From Cyanobacteriota bacterium (GTDB lineage: Bacteria > Cyanobacteriota > Cyanobacteriia > Cyanobacteriales > Nostocaceae): 64,000 nt of DNA. The translations under genes and the position numbers were made by a program. The stretch covers positions 32,001 to 96,000 of the forward strand of contig JBJOKS010000002.1 in NCBI GenBank assembly GCA_046045965.1, given 5' to 3'. Shown in pieces: positions 48,060 through 58,100 of the stretch. Within the stretch, counting starts at the first letter, position 1; every line of letters starts with the position of its first letter. The notes under the pieces are model-generated. The model searched no databases. It had not been told where the DNA came from and saw nothing but the letters and a program-made list of their open reading frames with translations.

Positions 48060-50306
48060 ATGACTTGGAAAATCTCCTTTAAAATTGGTGGTAGAGTACA
48101 ACTGAATAATTCTGAACTTTTACCAGTCACCCTTGCTATTTATGATCAAGATGGACAAATAGAAGAACTGGTTTCTTTTCTTTCTCCTCTCCCACAATCT
48201 TTATCAAATAAGTTTAAAGATTGGCAAGATTATATTGGTTTACAAGGAGATAGAAAAGTTCCAAAAAATCGGGAAAATCGGACTTCTGGAGTAATTAATC
48301 TCACAGAATTAGCCAATTCTTTGAAAGCAGAATTAAACAAATGGTTAGGTAGAGATGGTTGGGTTGATGAAAATGGAAAACCAGATCCCCGTGTGAGTTT
48401 AGTTTTAGAAAAATTCCGGGAGAAAATAACTCAAAAAGATGAAGTTCAGATTATTGTCCAAACAGAAGATCGACAATTGCGGGGTCTTCCTTGGCAAGAA
48501 TGGGATACTTTGGCAGGGTATACTAGCAGTGGTGTAGAAGTTGCTATTAGTGCGACTAATTTTAAACGGTTGACGCAAAAGCAAACCCCACAATTAAAAG
48601 CAACTGCTCGGATATTGGTGGTATTTGGTGATGAAAAACTTGATTTTGCAGAAGAAATCAGTTTTATTAAAAGTTTGGAACAACATGGTGGTGATCCCCA
48701 TATCCTTAGACAACCTACACGCAAACAGTTAGAAGAGAAATTACAAGATAGTCAAGGTTGGCACATTTTCTTTTTTGCTGGCCATAGTGAAAGCGATCGC
48801 AATGGACGTATTGGACGGATTCAAATTAATCCCGCCGATGGGGAAGAAGGAATTATTGAAATTGCTGAATTGAAAGATTTATTAGCAGGTACAATTCAGA
48901 AAAAGTTACAAATAGCTATCTTTAATTCTTGTGATGGTTTGGGATTAGCAAATCAATTAACTGAGCTATCTTTGCCTTATTGTATTGTTATGCGCGAAAG
49001 GGTTGAATCTACCGTAGCTAGAGAATTATTAAGGCATTTTTTGGAGGCATTTGTACAAGATCGCTCTTTATTTGCATCTATGAATTATGCCAGACAACAG
49101 TTACAAAAGAAATTTGAACCCGGTAAAAGTTGGCTTCCTGTAATTGTTGCTAACCCCTTAGCGAAAGAAGTAACTTGGAATCGTTTATTTTCTGAAAGAA
49201 GGTTATCTTGGCAATGGGAAATATTTTTAGGAATGATAGCGATCGCCATGCTTATTTGCCTACCTCTTGGTATATTCACTGAATTTAATGGACGGGAAAC
49301 TTTAACACTTTACGCTCAACTTTATCCGCACATTACAGTTTATCCTTCCCTGTTTCTTTGGATGTCTCTATTTGCAGCTTATAGAGCGCATTGTATGATT
49401 AGAGTGCAAACACGCTCTTTTTTAATTTTAACATTGGTGACAATTTTTATGACTTTCGCTGCATTATTTTTTGAGCTTAATGGCGATCGCATGATGTTAT
49501 TAGAATTTAATTACCAAGCGATGACAACAATTAAAGCTGAAAATCTTGAAAAACTCTATTCAGATTGGGGAACTTCACAAGCAGAGATTAAAAATATTCC
49601 CCAGGGAATTTTTAATATTCATCAATCTTTTGATAATCAAGGAAATTTAATCATTAAAAAATCAGAGTTAGAACCAGCTATAAAACGATTGCAAAAAAGC
49701 AATAATAAAACTGCATTTCAAGGACTTTTTAGAATTGCTACATCTTATCAAGTGTGGCAACAAAATTATCAAGCATTTTCTCTAAATAGATGGTTTTACG
49801 CTCTAAATTTTCTCAGTATTGTTGCTTGTGGTATGCAGATTTTAGCACTGGTTTCCAATATTCTGTTTGTTCCAGATTCTATTTTTAATAAAAATAAATA
49901 CTTGACATATTTGATTATCTGTGAGTTGGGTATTCTCCTATGGTTGCCTTTTCAAAGTTACACCATAGAACATACCAAAAGTCTCTTATTCTCATATAAT
50001 TTTCGAGGTTCTCTAGCTGGAATGAATGTGATTATTTATGCGATTATTACTATACTGTTTTTTACCACTATTAGCAGTATCTATAAAAGTGCTACCAAAA
50101 AATATCAACCTATTTTGTTGTCATTTTTATTAGGTAGTTTAGGTTTGACTTTACTGAGTAGTATTTTTGGTGTTTCTTTGATTGATCATCTATTTGGGAT
50201 CAGCAGTACCGATCCTTTGACTCCTTGGTTTGCAAGTATCGTTTTTTCTGCTCCTTTATTTTTCTTACTTGTGCGTTGGATTGATTTACGAGTAGGTGAT
50301 GATTAA
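48060..50306 (+). CDS. CHAT (caspase/HetF-like) protease with C-terminal multi-pass membrane sensor domain
   Basis: LPWQEW; catalytic His242 in FFFAGHS and Cys291 in IFNSCDG; IVMRE; then about 7 TMs with a ~110 aa loop. Confidence 0.88.
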   Translation: MTWKISFKIGGRVQLNNSELLPVTLAIYDQDGQIEELVSFLSPLPQSLSNKFKDWQDYIGLQGDRKVPKNRENRTSGVINLTELANSLKAELNKWLGRDGWVDENGKPDPRVSLVLEKFREKITQKDEVQIIVQTEDRQLRGLPWQEWDTLAGYTSSGVEVAISATNFKRLTQKQTPQLKATARILVVFGDEKLDFAEEISFIKSLEQHGGDPHILRQPTRKQLEEKLQDSQGWHIFFFAGHSESDRNGRIGRIQINPADGEEGIIEIAELKDLLAGTIQKKLQIAIFNSCDGLGLANQLTELSLPYCIVMRERVESTVARELLRHFLEAFVQDRSLFASMNYARQQLQKKFEPGKSWLPVIVANPLAKEVTWNRLFSERRLSWQWEIFLGMIAIAMLICLPLGIFTEFNGRETLTLYAQLYPHITVYPSLFLWMSLFAAYRAHCMIRVQTRSFLILTLVTIFMTFAALFFELNGDRMMLLEFNYQAMTTIKAENLEKLYSDWGTSQAEIKNIPQGIFNIHQSFDNQGNLIIKKSELEPAIKRLQKSNNKTAFQGLFRIATSYQVWQQNYQAFSLNRWFYALNFLSIVACGMQILALVSNILFVPDSIFNKNKYLTYLIICELGILLWLPFQSYTIEHTKSLLFSYNFRGSLAGMNVIIYAIITILFFTTISSIYKSATKKYQPILLSFLLGSLGLTLLSSIFGVSLIDHLFGISSTDPLTPWFASIVFSAPLFFLLVRWIDLRVGDD

Positions 50307-50308
50307 AT

Positions 50309-50920
50309 ATGGAAAATCAGCAATTATATCAAGAACGAAAAAAAGTAATTCTGATTGTATTTTTTGCCTACATTCTGCCAGTTTTACTTGTGTTTTTAGA
50401 ATTAATTCCTTTTTCCTGGCGGTTTTATGTGCTAATTTTGGCGGCTATATTGGTAGTAGGAATCGCCTACCTATACCGATTTTCTCCTGTAGAATTGGGA
50501 TTTACAAACAATAACTTGGGAAAATCTTTGACAGCGATAGCCATACCAACATTAATTTTTGCTGGGTTGATGTTTGTTTATTATTTGACTCATGGATCGC
50601 GCATAGACAACTCAGCATATCAATGGATATTTTACCTTTTCTTTGTGGGTGTATCTTCTCCCATACAAGAATTTTTATATCGCGGGTTTTTATTTGCTAT
50701 TTTTAAGAGAGCAAAATTTGCCCCTTGGGTACAGATTATACTTTCTACCTTACTTTACAGTTTTGTGCATCTGATTTATAGAGATATACCCACGCTGGTA
50801 TTTACATTTATTATTGGTATATTTTGGGGCTGGAACTACGCCAAGTTTGGTAATTTATATAGTGTCATTATTAGTCATTCTTTATTAGGAGCGATCGCTA
50901 TTCTCGTGGGTTTGGTATAA
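50309..50920 (+). CDS. CPBP (CAAX/Abi) family intramembrane glutamic protease
   Basis: QEFLYRG (EExxxR variant), FVH, HSLLG; multiple TMs. Confidence 0.85.
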   Translation: MENQQLYQERKKVILIVFFAYILPVLLVFLELIPFSWRFYVLILAAILVVGIAYLYRFSPVELGFTNNNLGKSLTAIAIPTLIFAGLMFVYYLTHGSRIDNSAYQWIFYLFFVGVSSPIQEFLYRGFLFAIFKRAKFAPWVQIILSTLLYSFVHLIYRDIPTLVFTFIIGIFWGWNYAKFGNLYSVIISHSLLGAIAILVGLV

Positions 50921-50986
50921 GTGTCAAAAAAATTTTTTTACTATTTGCAACACAGGATAAACAGAGAGCGTATATAAAGTAAGCCT
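50894..50986 (+). repeat. Right copy of ~92 bp direct repeat, beginning inside HIP1 (50891-50898)
   Basis: Matches 38356-38447. Confidence 0.9.
50946..50974 (+). promoter_or_regulatory. ECF-like promoter copy 5: TGCAAC-N17-CGTATA
   Basis: -35 at 50946-50951, -10 at 50969-50974. Confidence 0.75.
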
Positions 50987-51073
50987 GTTTAAGAAATTAC
51001 ATCTCAAATAATTAGATGATTTCTTTAAGAGGTTATCTGCAAAGTTTTCGACGAATATAAAAAAGGTGACATC

Positions 51074-51139
51074 ATGACTATTACTGGTGATTCTAAAAAT
51101 AACCTGACTTGCATCTCTGCTCCTCAAAAAACACAATAA
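51074..51139 (+). other. 21 aa small ORF or truncated gene start downstream of promoter 5
   Basis: AAGGTG RBS then MTITGDSKNNLTCISAPQKTQ*. Confidence 0.35.
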
Positions 51140-51144
51140 TAATT

Positions 51145-51179
51145 TTGTAGGGGTAAAGCACTTTGCTAAACCCTTACAA
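51145..51179. repeat. REP-like hairpin TTGTAGGGG...CCCTTACAA, possible terminator
   Basis: Imperfect inverted repeat just beyond the cheA-like stop. Confidence 0.55.
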
Positions 51180-51193
51180 TTACCAACCATAAA

Positions 51194-54100
51194 TTATTTA
51201 CCAGCCGCTATTAACCCCTGATTCAAACTACCACTATTACTGTTTGCTAAACTTTCCACAGTAGAAAGAAGTTCATGCTCTAAATAAGGCTTAGTTAAAT
51301 AACCAGTTGCACCCAATTCTTGAGCTAACTGACGATGTTTTTCAGAACTACGAGAAGTGAGAATCACAACTGGTTTGTTAGACCAATCTTTATGTTGACG
51401 GATATGGCTTAATAATTCAAATCCATTCATCCGAGGCATTTCCAAATCAGAAATGATCACTTCAATTTCTGGATGTAACTCCAATTGTTCAATTGCTTCT
51501 ATTCCATTTTGGGCTGAAAATACTTGATAGCCATACTTTTGCAAAGTCATAACAATAGTTTGTCGGACACTAATAGCGTCATCTATGATTAAAACTACTT
51601 TTGGTAATTTTGGTGTTATCCCTGCATAGGAATTTGGTAGAGACTCGATAGTATTTACAGCAGCAGATGCAGCCAGTAGCGGTGTAGATGATATAGATAT
51701 ATGATCATCCGACATAGGCAAAGCTTGTTTCTGTAACCCAGAATTTGTGGGTAGAGTCCTAACATCAAGTGTGGCTTGCATCTGTTGAGAATCTATCAAC
51801 ATAGTGCCATCAATCACTAAAATCAGGTTGCCATTAGCTAAACTACTACAACCATAAATGTATTTTGGTGGAGTAATGGCACTGCCTAAAGGTCTAATTA
51901 CTAACTCTTGTTCCCCGATAATTTGGTCAACTTCTAAACCTAAAATTCCCTGATTGCGTCTAAGCAGAAGCACAGGATTTTTCATGATTTCTGTATCAGC
52001 ACTTTTGGGGATATTATTTATATAATTGCTGCCAACAATTGAACCATTGTAATACACCAAACTTTCCAGTTTTATGAGGTTAACAACCATTTCTTCCTCA
52101 CCGGAATGCCAATATAAAATTTGTTTGCCTTCAAAATCTTTGATTTGCTGTTCAGAGGGAATTAGTATTTTCTCGATACTATCTAGCAGTAAGGCATAAA
52201 CAACACCCCCGGACTGGACTAGCATTAGTTTATCTGTGGTCATAGAAAAGGGGATTTTAAGTATAAATGTTGTTCCTTGATTGGGCGATGATTGCACTGA
52301 AATCACGCCATTAAGAGATTGCAACTGAGTACGGACAATATCTAATCCCATACCACGTCCAGAAATTTCGCTCACCTTAGCAACGGTGGAAAATCCAGGT
52401 GAAAACATGAAATCAATCAGTTCGGATTCAGTTTGGTGATAATAGCCTTGAGTGTGATTATCATCTGGTATGAGATTAAGTTCAATAGCTCTCCTACGAA
52501 TACTTTCTAAATTTAAACCTTGACCATCATCTCTAACTTCAATAATAGTTTGATTTCCTTGATGATAGGCACAAATTTCTATTAAACCTTGTGGTTTTTT
52601 GCCAAGTTCACGGCGCATTTCTGGAGATTCAATGCCATGATCAAAAGCATTACGAACTAATTGCAATAGCGGATCATATAGTTTTTCGGCAATGGCTTTA
52701 TCTATGGGAACTTGTGTACCAGTGAGTTTTAATTCTACACTTTTTGCGTAAACATTGGCTAGATTGCTGACCATTAGCGGAAAGCGATTTAAGATAGTTC
52801 CTAAAGGCAGCATTCTGGCATCTGCTAGGTTATCTATAATGCTCAAAGTTAAATTATATTTTTTCTCACTAATTTGAGCAGATTGTTTAATTAGTAAGTC
52901 CAGAGATTCAGATGTTTCTTGTAGTTGTAGTGTTTCCTCTAGTGCTTCATGTAATGTCAGATTAAATTCTGTATAGACATCCATTTCTAGAGCATCAAAT
53001 TGGACAGCCGAAACTTTTTGGCTGGTTTCTATAGAAAAATTATTTCCCTGTAAAGGTAAATCACGTAATTGTTGTAAAACTGCTTGATGTCGGCTTAATT
53101 TCTGACTTAATTGCTCAATTAATTCTATAATCTGTTCATCATATAAAGTGCGTCGTTTTTGGTAAATGAGTAGTTCTCCTGTCAAGTAATTGAGGCGTTC
53201 TAATCCCTCCACGTCTACACGCACAAAGGAAGATTGTCGGGAATTCTTGTTGGGGGATAGTGAGGATTTATCTTCTGCTTCTCTATTTTTGGTTTCGGTA
53301 TCATCGGTAATCACTTCATAGTTTGAATCAGGAGTATTGGCAAATACCTGATTGCTGACAACTGATGATGTCACACTTTCTAAATAATTATCATTTTTAA
53401 TTTTTTCGGCGGTATGGGTTAACAGATCTTGCTCGGCTGTTTCTGGGATGGTGTCTCCTCCCCATATTTCTTCTACTAGATTATAGTCAGTGGGAGTAAC
53501 TACGGGGGGGGATATTTCTTTAATAACTAATAATTCTTGTAACTTGGGACTGTCAAGCCATTTTTTTTCTGACTCTGTAACAGGAGGATAATTTTTATAT
53601 TCTTTGCCTAATTTGCGGATTTGTTTTCTCAGGGCGCTGATAATTGATATAGCATTATCATTCTTTTTAACTGCATACTCAAATTCAGCTACAGCTAGGA
53701 TAATTATTAAGATCACACCCCGACGATAAAGGCAAAGGTTCTGCTGATCTTTTTCATCTTTAATAAAATCTAGAAATTGATTGAGCCAAATTTCTACATA
53801 ATCTTCGGAATCATCTTGATGATATGGAGGAATTAATAAATCTAAACTCAGTTCTGATTCGGGTATTCTTCTCTGGTGATTAAACCAGCCCAAAATATAG
53901 CGAATTACTTTTAAGTAAAATTTAGCATTTGCTGGTTTTAAAGGCTCATTACCTCTGTCACCAGACGTAATTAAAAACTGGTAAAATTCAGTGGTGATGC
54001 TGAAGAATTTGTTAGCAAAAGAGTTATTTGTATGAGTAATTCCCGTCTCATTTTTGGGAACTGTTACTAAAGAGCTAGTAGTTGGTGTAACAGGTGATTC

Positions 54101-54907
54101 ATCTGTTACTACTTCTTTGGCTACTGTTGTTAGGGCTTGCAAAGCAACAGAAGCTGAACCTCCGGATGTGCGATCGCCCGCTAAAACTGCTTTTTGTGCC
54201 GCTTGTAAATCAGCTAAGGCAATTTCTGCTATTTGATGTACTTCCTGTGGTTGAGCTACAAGTGCAGCCATTATTGTCTGAGACAGTTGTTTTAACCCAG
54301 GTAGATTTAAAGATTCAGCTAACCCTAGAAATACCTCGATTTGAGAGTTTAAAAACTCGCTTAATTCCTGATCTTTTAGGGAATTATTAATAGCTTCAGC
54401 AATACTTTCTATCCGTTGGGCAACTCCTACTTCAAAAATAGATTGCACAATATCAAATCCTAATTCTTCAGAAGTAGGAATATGATCTTCAGCCCCAAAA
54501 GCATCACCTAATTTTGTTTGTAGTTGGGCAAATGCAGAAGTTGCTCTTTGCAGAATTTCATCACTATTAATATTATTTGATGTCAACTCAGCGGTGACAG
54601 CTAACTGAAGACATTCGTAAGCTTCTAGCAGGAGGGTTTGCAATTCAGTATCTATAACTACGTCTGGACTGTATAAAGCTTTAAATATGTCTTCTAAAGA
54701 ATGGGCTATCATTTTGATTGTATCTAGCCCAACTGTAGCTGCTCCCCCTTTAATTGTATGGGTTGCCCGCATTAAGTTATGCACTTTATTGGTGCTATGG
54801 TCTTCTAAGAAGCTAAATAAATCCTGTTCAATTGTTTGTAATAATTCTGGTGCTTCTGCCAAAAAGTAGGCATAGCCTTGTTCGCGAATTTCAGTGTCTG
54901 TAATCAT
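51194..54907 (-). CDS. cheA: Hybrid CheA-like kinase (Hpt-HATPase-CheW-REC), PixL/PtxE type
   Basis: Hpt LMRATHTIKGGA; VRNAFDHGIE, DDGQG, PGFST, GRGMGLD; C-terminal receiver IDD...SDLEMPRMNG...KP. Confidence 0.92.
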   Translation of the reverse strand: MITDTEIREQGYAYFLAEAPELLQTIEQDLFSFLEDHSTNKVHNLMRATHTIKGGAATVGLDTIKMIAHSLEDIFKALYSPDVVIDTELQTLLLEAYECLQLAVTAELTSNNINSDEILQRATSAFAQLQTKLGDAFGAEDHIPTSEELGFDIVQSIFEVGVAQRIESIAEAINNSLKDQELSEFLNSQIEVFLGLAESLNLPGLKQLSQTIMAALVAQPQEVHQIAEIALADLQAAQKAVLAGDRTSGGSASVALQALTTVAKEVVTDESPVTPTTSSLVTVPKNETGITHTNNSFANKFFSITTEFYQFLITSGDRGNEPLKPANAKFYLKVIRYILGWFNHQRRIPESELSLDLLIPPYHQDDSEDYVEIWLNQFLDFIKDEKDQQNLCLYRRGVILIIILAVAEFEYAVKKNDNAISIISALRKQIRKLGKEYKNYPPVTESEKKWLDSPKLQELLVIKEISPPVVTPTDYNLVEEIWGGDTIPETAEQDLLTHTAEKIKNDNYLESVTSSVVSNQVFANTPDSNYEVITDDTETKNREAEDKSSLSPNKNSRQSSFVRVDVEGLERLNYLTGELLIYQKRRTLYDEQIIELIEQLSQKLSRHQAVLQQLRDLPLQGNNFSIETSQKVSAVQFDALEMDVYTEFNLTLHEALEETLQLQETSESLDLLIKQSAQISEKKYNLTLSIIDNLADARMLPLGTILNRFPLMVSNLANVYAKSVELKLTGTQVPIDKAIAEKLYDPLLQLVRNAFDHGIESPEMRRELGKKPQGLIEICAYHQGNQTIIEVRDDGQGLNLESIRRRAIELNLIPDDNHTQGYYHQTESELIDFMFSPGFSTVAKVSEISGRGMGLDIVRTQLQSLNGVISVQSSPNQGTTFILKIPFSMTTDKLMLVQSGGVVYALLLDSIEKILIPSEQQIKDFEGKQILYWHSGEEEMVVNLIKLESLVYYNGSIVGSNYINNIPKSADTEIMKNPVLLLRRNQGILGLEVDQIIGEQELVIRPLGSAITPPKYIYGCSSLANGNLILVIDGTMLIDSQQMQATLDVRTLPTNSGLQKQALPMSDDHISISSTPLLAASAAVNTIESLPNSYAGITPKLPKVVLIIDDAISVRQTIVMTLQKYGYQVFSAQNGIEAIEQLELHPEIEVIISDLEMPRMNGFELLSHIRQHKDWSNKPVVILTSRSSEKHRQLAQELGATGYLTKPYLEHELLSTVESLANSNSGSLNQGLIAAGK

Positions 54908-54908
54908 A

Positions 54909-55118
54909 AGAGTCAGGAGTCAGGAGTCAGGAGGCATGAGGCAGGAGGCAGGAGGCAGGGGAGGCAGGGGAGGCAGGGGAGGCAGAAGGCAGGAGGCAGG
55001 GGAGGCAGGAGGCAGGAGGCAGGGGAGGCAGGAAGCAGGGGAGGCAGGGGAGGCAGGGGAAGAATTATATATAACCTGTACCTAGTACCCAGTACCCAGT
55101 CTCCAGTCCCCAGTCCCC
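54909..55118. repeat. Compound STRR tract (GAGTCAG, GAGGCAG/GGGGAGGCA, CCCCAGT)
   Basis: Read directly between the MCP and cheA genes. Confidence 0.9.
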
Positions 55119-55123
55119 ATCTT

Positions 55124-58100
55124 TTATTTGACTTTGAACTTACCAGCGGTTGTTAATAGAGATTGAGCCATTCCTGATAAGTTTTGGAAGACTGTGGCAA
55201 TTTCTTGAGATTCACCAAAGGTCTTATTGGCAATTGCAGCTACATCATTCATTGATGCTGTCACTGTTACCGATTGATCCATTTGTGTTTGAGTGGCTTC
55301 AGTAATGCGCTCAATGAGTTGACTAATTTCCGCAGTAGCCGAAACGATAGCGTTCAAGTTTTGGCGAGTTTCACTAACTAAATTAGTTCCTTCTACTACT
55401 TGCTGAATTCCTGTTTCCATTGCTAGAGCAACTTCCCCAGTTTCAGCTTGAATTTCTTGGACTAATTTTTCAATTTCAATGGTAGCTGCTGCGGACTGAC
55501 GAGACAAAGAACGAACTTCATCCGCTACCACTGCAAAGCCTTTACCATATTCACCGGCGCGAGTAGCTTCGATGGCAGCATTCAAAGCCAGTACGTTGGT
55601 TTGTGAGGCAAAGTTGCTGATCAAATTTACCACTTTGGAGATTTTTTGTGATGATTCACTCAGGCGTTTAATCTTTTTGCTAGTTTGAGCGACGGTTTCA
55701 CGAATGGCCTGAATAGCATTTACTGTTTGGTTCATGGCTGTATCACCAGAATCTACAGTTTTGTTGGCTTGTTGTACCGCTATTTGTACTAATTGAGCAT
55801 TGGCTACTACAGCTTGGGTAGAATCTACCATCTGTTGTAGATCCCGTAAGGCTTGAGTGATTTCGTCGGACTGTTCTTTTGCTAAATCAGTCAATCCTAC
55901 TAGGGAAGAATTACTGTTGATAGAGGTTTGGGCAACTTGTTGGGAAGCGGTTTGTACCTGAATAACGATTTGCTGTAGTGCTTGCAGAGTACCATTATAG
56001 GCATCGGCAATTGTTCCTAATTCGTCTTCGGTAATGGGGGCGCGAACTGTTAAATCACCACTGAGGGCGGGACTTATGGATCTGAGTAATTGAATAGAGC
56101 GTTGTTGCAGTAATTCTTTAGCAGCTTTTTCTCTTTGGGCGGCTTCTGAAAGCTTGGCAGATTGAGTTTGCAGTTGTTTTAAGTATTCTGTTTGCTGCAA
56201 AGCTAGTCCTAATTGATCGCCAATACGTGACAGTAAGTTAATTTCTGTTTCTTCCCATTCACGAGGTGCGGAGTTTTGATAAGCTGCCAGTAAACCCCAG
56301 AGTTTATCTCCAAATAAGATGGGAGTAATGATGTATCCTCTAGCTTCATATTTTTCAATGATTTCTATGTAGCAGGGATCAAGGGTGGCTTTATAAATGT
56401 CGTTGACTACTAAGGTGTCACCTTTTTTATAACGCCCACCTTCATTGTCTTGGAGACAGGGATCATTTAAGACGGTTCTAATACCGGGTCCGACGAGTTT
56501 CACCCAACCACTAGCTACTGATTCGGCTACAAATTCACCTCCCCAATCAGATGTAAATTGATAAACGGCTGCGCGATCGCATTTTAGTAGTTGTCTTACT
56601 TCTTGGGTGGTGGTTTTGAAGATTTCGTCTACATCTAAAGATTGGCGAATGCGGTTGACTATCTTGGTGATGGCTTTTTCTTGTTCAGCGATCTGCGCTA
56701 GTTTCTCAGATTTAGATTTTACTTGTTCTATATAATCAATCTGAGATTTCGCTAGACTAATTTGCAAGCCAATCTGCTCTAAAAAGTTGACTTCTCTGGT
56801 TTGCCATTCACGAGTTCCAGTGTTTTGATAAGCTGCCAGTAATCCCCACAATTTTTCTCCATAGAAGATGGGAACTATGACGTAAGCTTTGGCTTCAATC
56901 TGCTCTAAAATCTCTAGGTGACATTGAGCGTGTCCGGCTTGATAAATGTCGTTAACAACAAAGTTTTCACCTTTAGCATATCTACCGCCTTGGGTTTCTT
57001 GCAAGTGGCTATCTTCCCAGACCATTTTAAAGTCAGGGGTGACAACTTTTATCCAGCCACTAGCAACTGATTCAGCTATAAATTGTCCACTCCAATTCGG
57101 ATGAAATTGATAAATACCAACGCGATCGCACCGCAAAGCTTGACGGATTTCTTGAGTAGCGGCTTTGAAGATATCTTCTAAATCCAAAGATTGACGGATG
57201 CGGCTGACTATTTTGTTGAGGGTTTTTTCCTGTTCCGCAATCTGACTGATTTCCTGAGATTGCAATTTCACTTGATTTATATAATCAATCTGTGATTTCG
57301 CTAAACTAAATTGCAAGCCAATCTGCTCTAAAAATTTGATTTCTCTTGCTTGCCATGCACGAGTTCCAGTGTTTTGATAAGCTGCTAGTAATCCCCACAA
57401 TTTTTCTCCATAAAAGATGGGAACTATGATGTAAGCTTTGGCTTCTACTTGCTCTAAAATTTCCAGGTGACATTGAGAATGACCGGCTTGATAAATGTCA
57501 TTAACTGCTAAGTATTCGCCTTTAGCATATCTACCGCCTTGGGTTTCTTGTAGGTGGCTATCTTCCCAAACCATTTTGAAGTCAGAAGTTGCAACTTTCA
57601 TCCAGCCACTAGCTACTGATTCGGCTATAAATTGTCCACTCCAATCAGGTTTAAATTGATAAACCGCAACGCGATCGCATTTGAGAGCTTGACGAACCTC
57701 TTGCGTAGCTGTTTTGAAGATGTCTTCTAAATCGAAGGATTGGCGAATGCGGTTGACTATTTTGTTGACTGTTTTTTCTTGTTCAGCAATCTGACTGATT
57801 TCCTGGGATTGCAATTTTACTTGTTCTATATAATCTAACTGTGATTTAGCTAGACTAAATTGCAAGCCTATTTGTTGTAAAAAGTTGATTTCTGATGCTT
57901 TCCATTCACGGGGTCTGGTATTTTGATAAGCTGCCAACAAGCCCCATAGTTTTTCGCCAAAGAATATCGGCACAATCACATAAGCTTTGGCTTCAAATTG
58001 TTCTAAAATTGCGATATGGCAAGGGGCAAGTCCCATTTTATAGGTGTCATTCACCACAAAGGTTTCCCCTTTGACATATCTACCGCCTTTGGTATCTTGT

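Noticed and set aside
38356..50986. Repeated motif as CRISPR repeats or integron attC sites
   Set aside because: Copies are irregularly spaced (94 bp to 6.9 kb), non-palindromic and not between every gene; no cas or integrase gene. Fixed-spacer bipartite conservation fits a promoter.
54878..55156. Arg/Gly-rich ORFs (also 30071-30295 and 24442-24694)
   Set aside because: Translations of STRR tandem repeats overlapping real genes.
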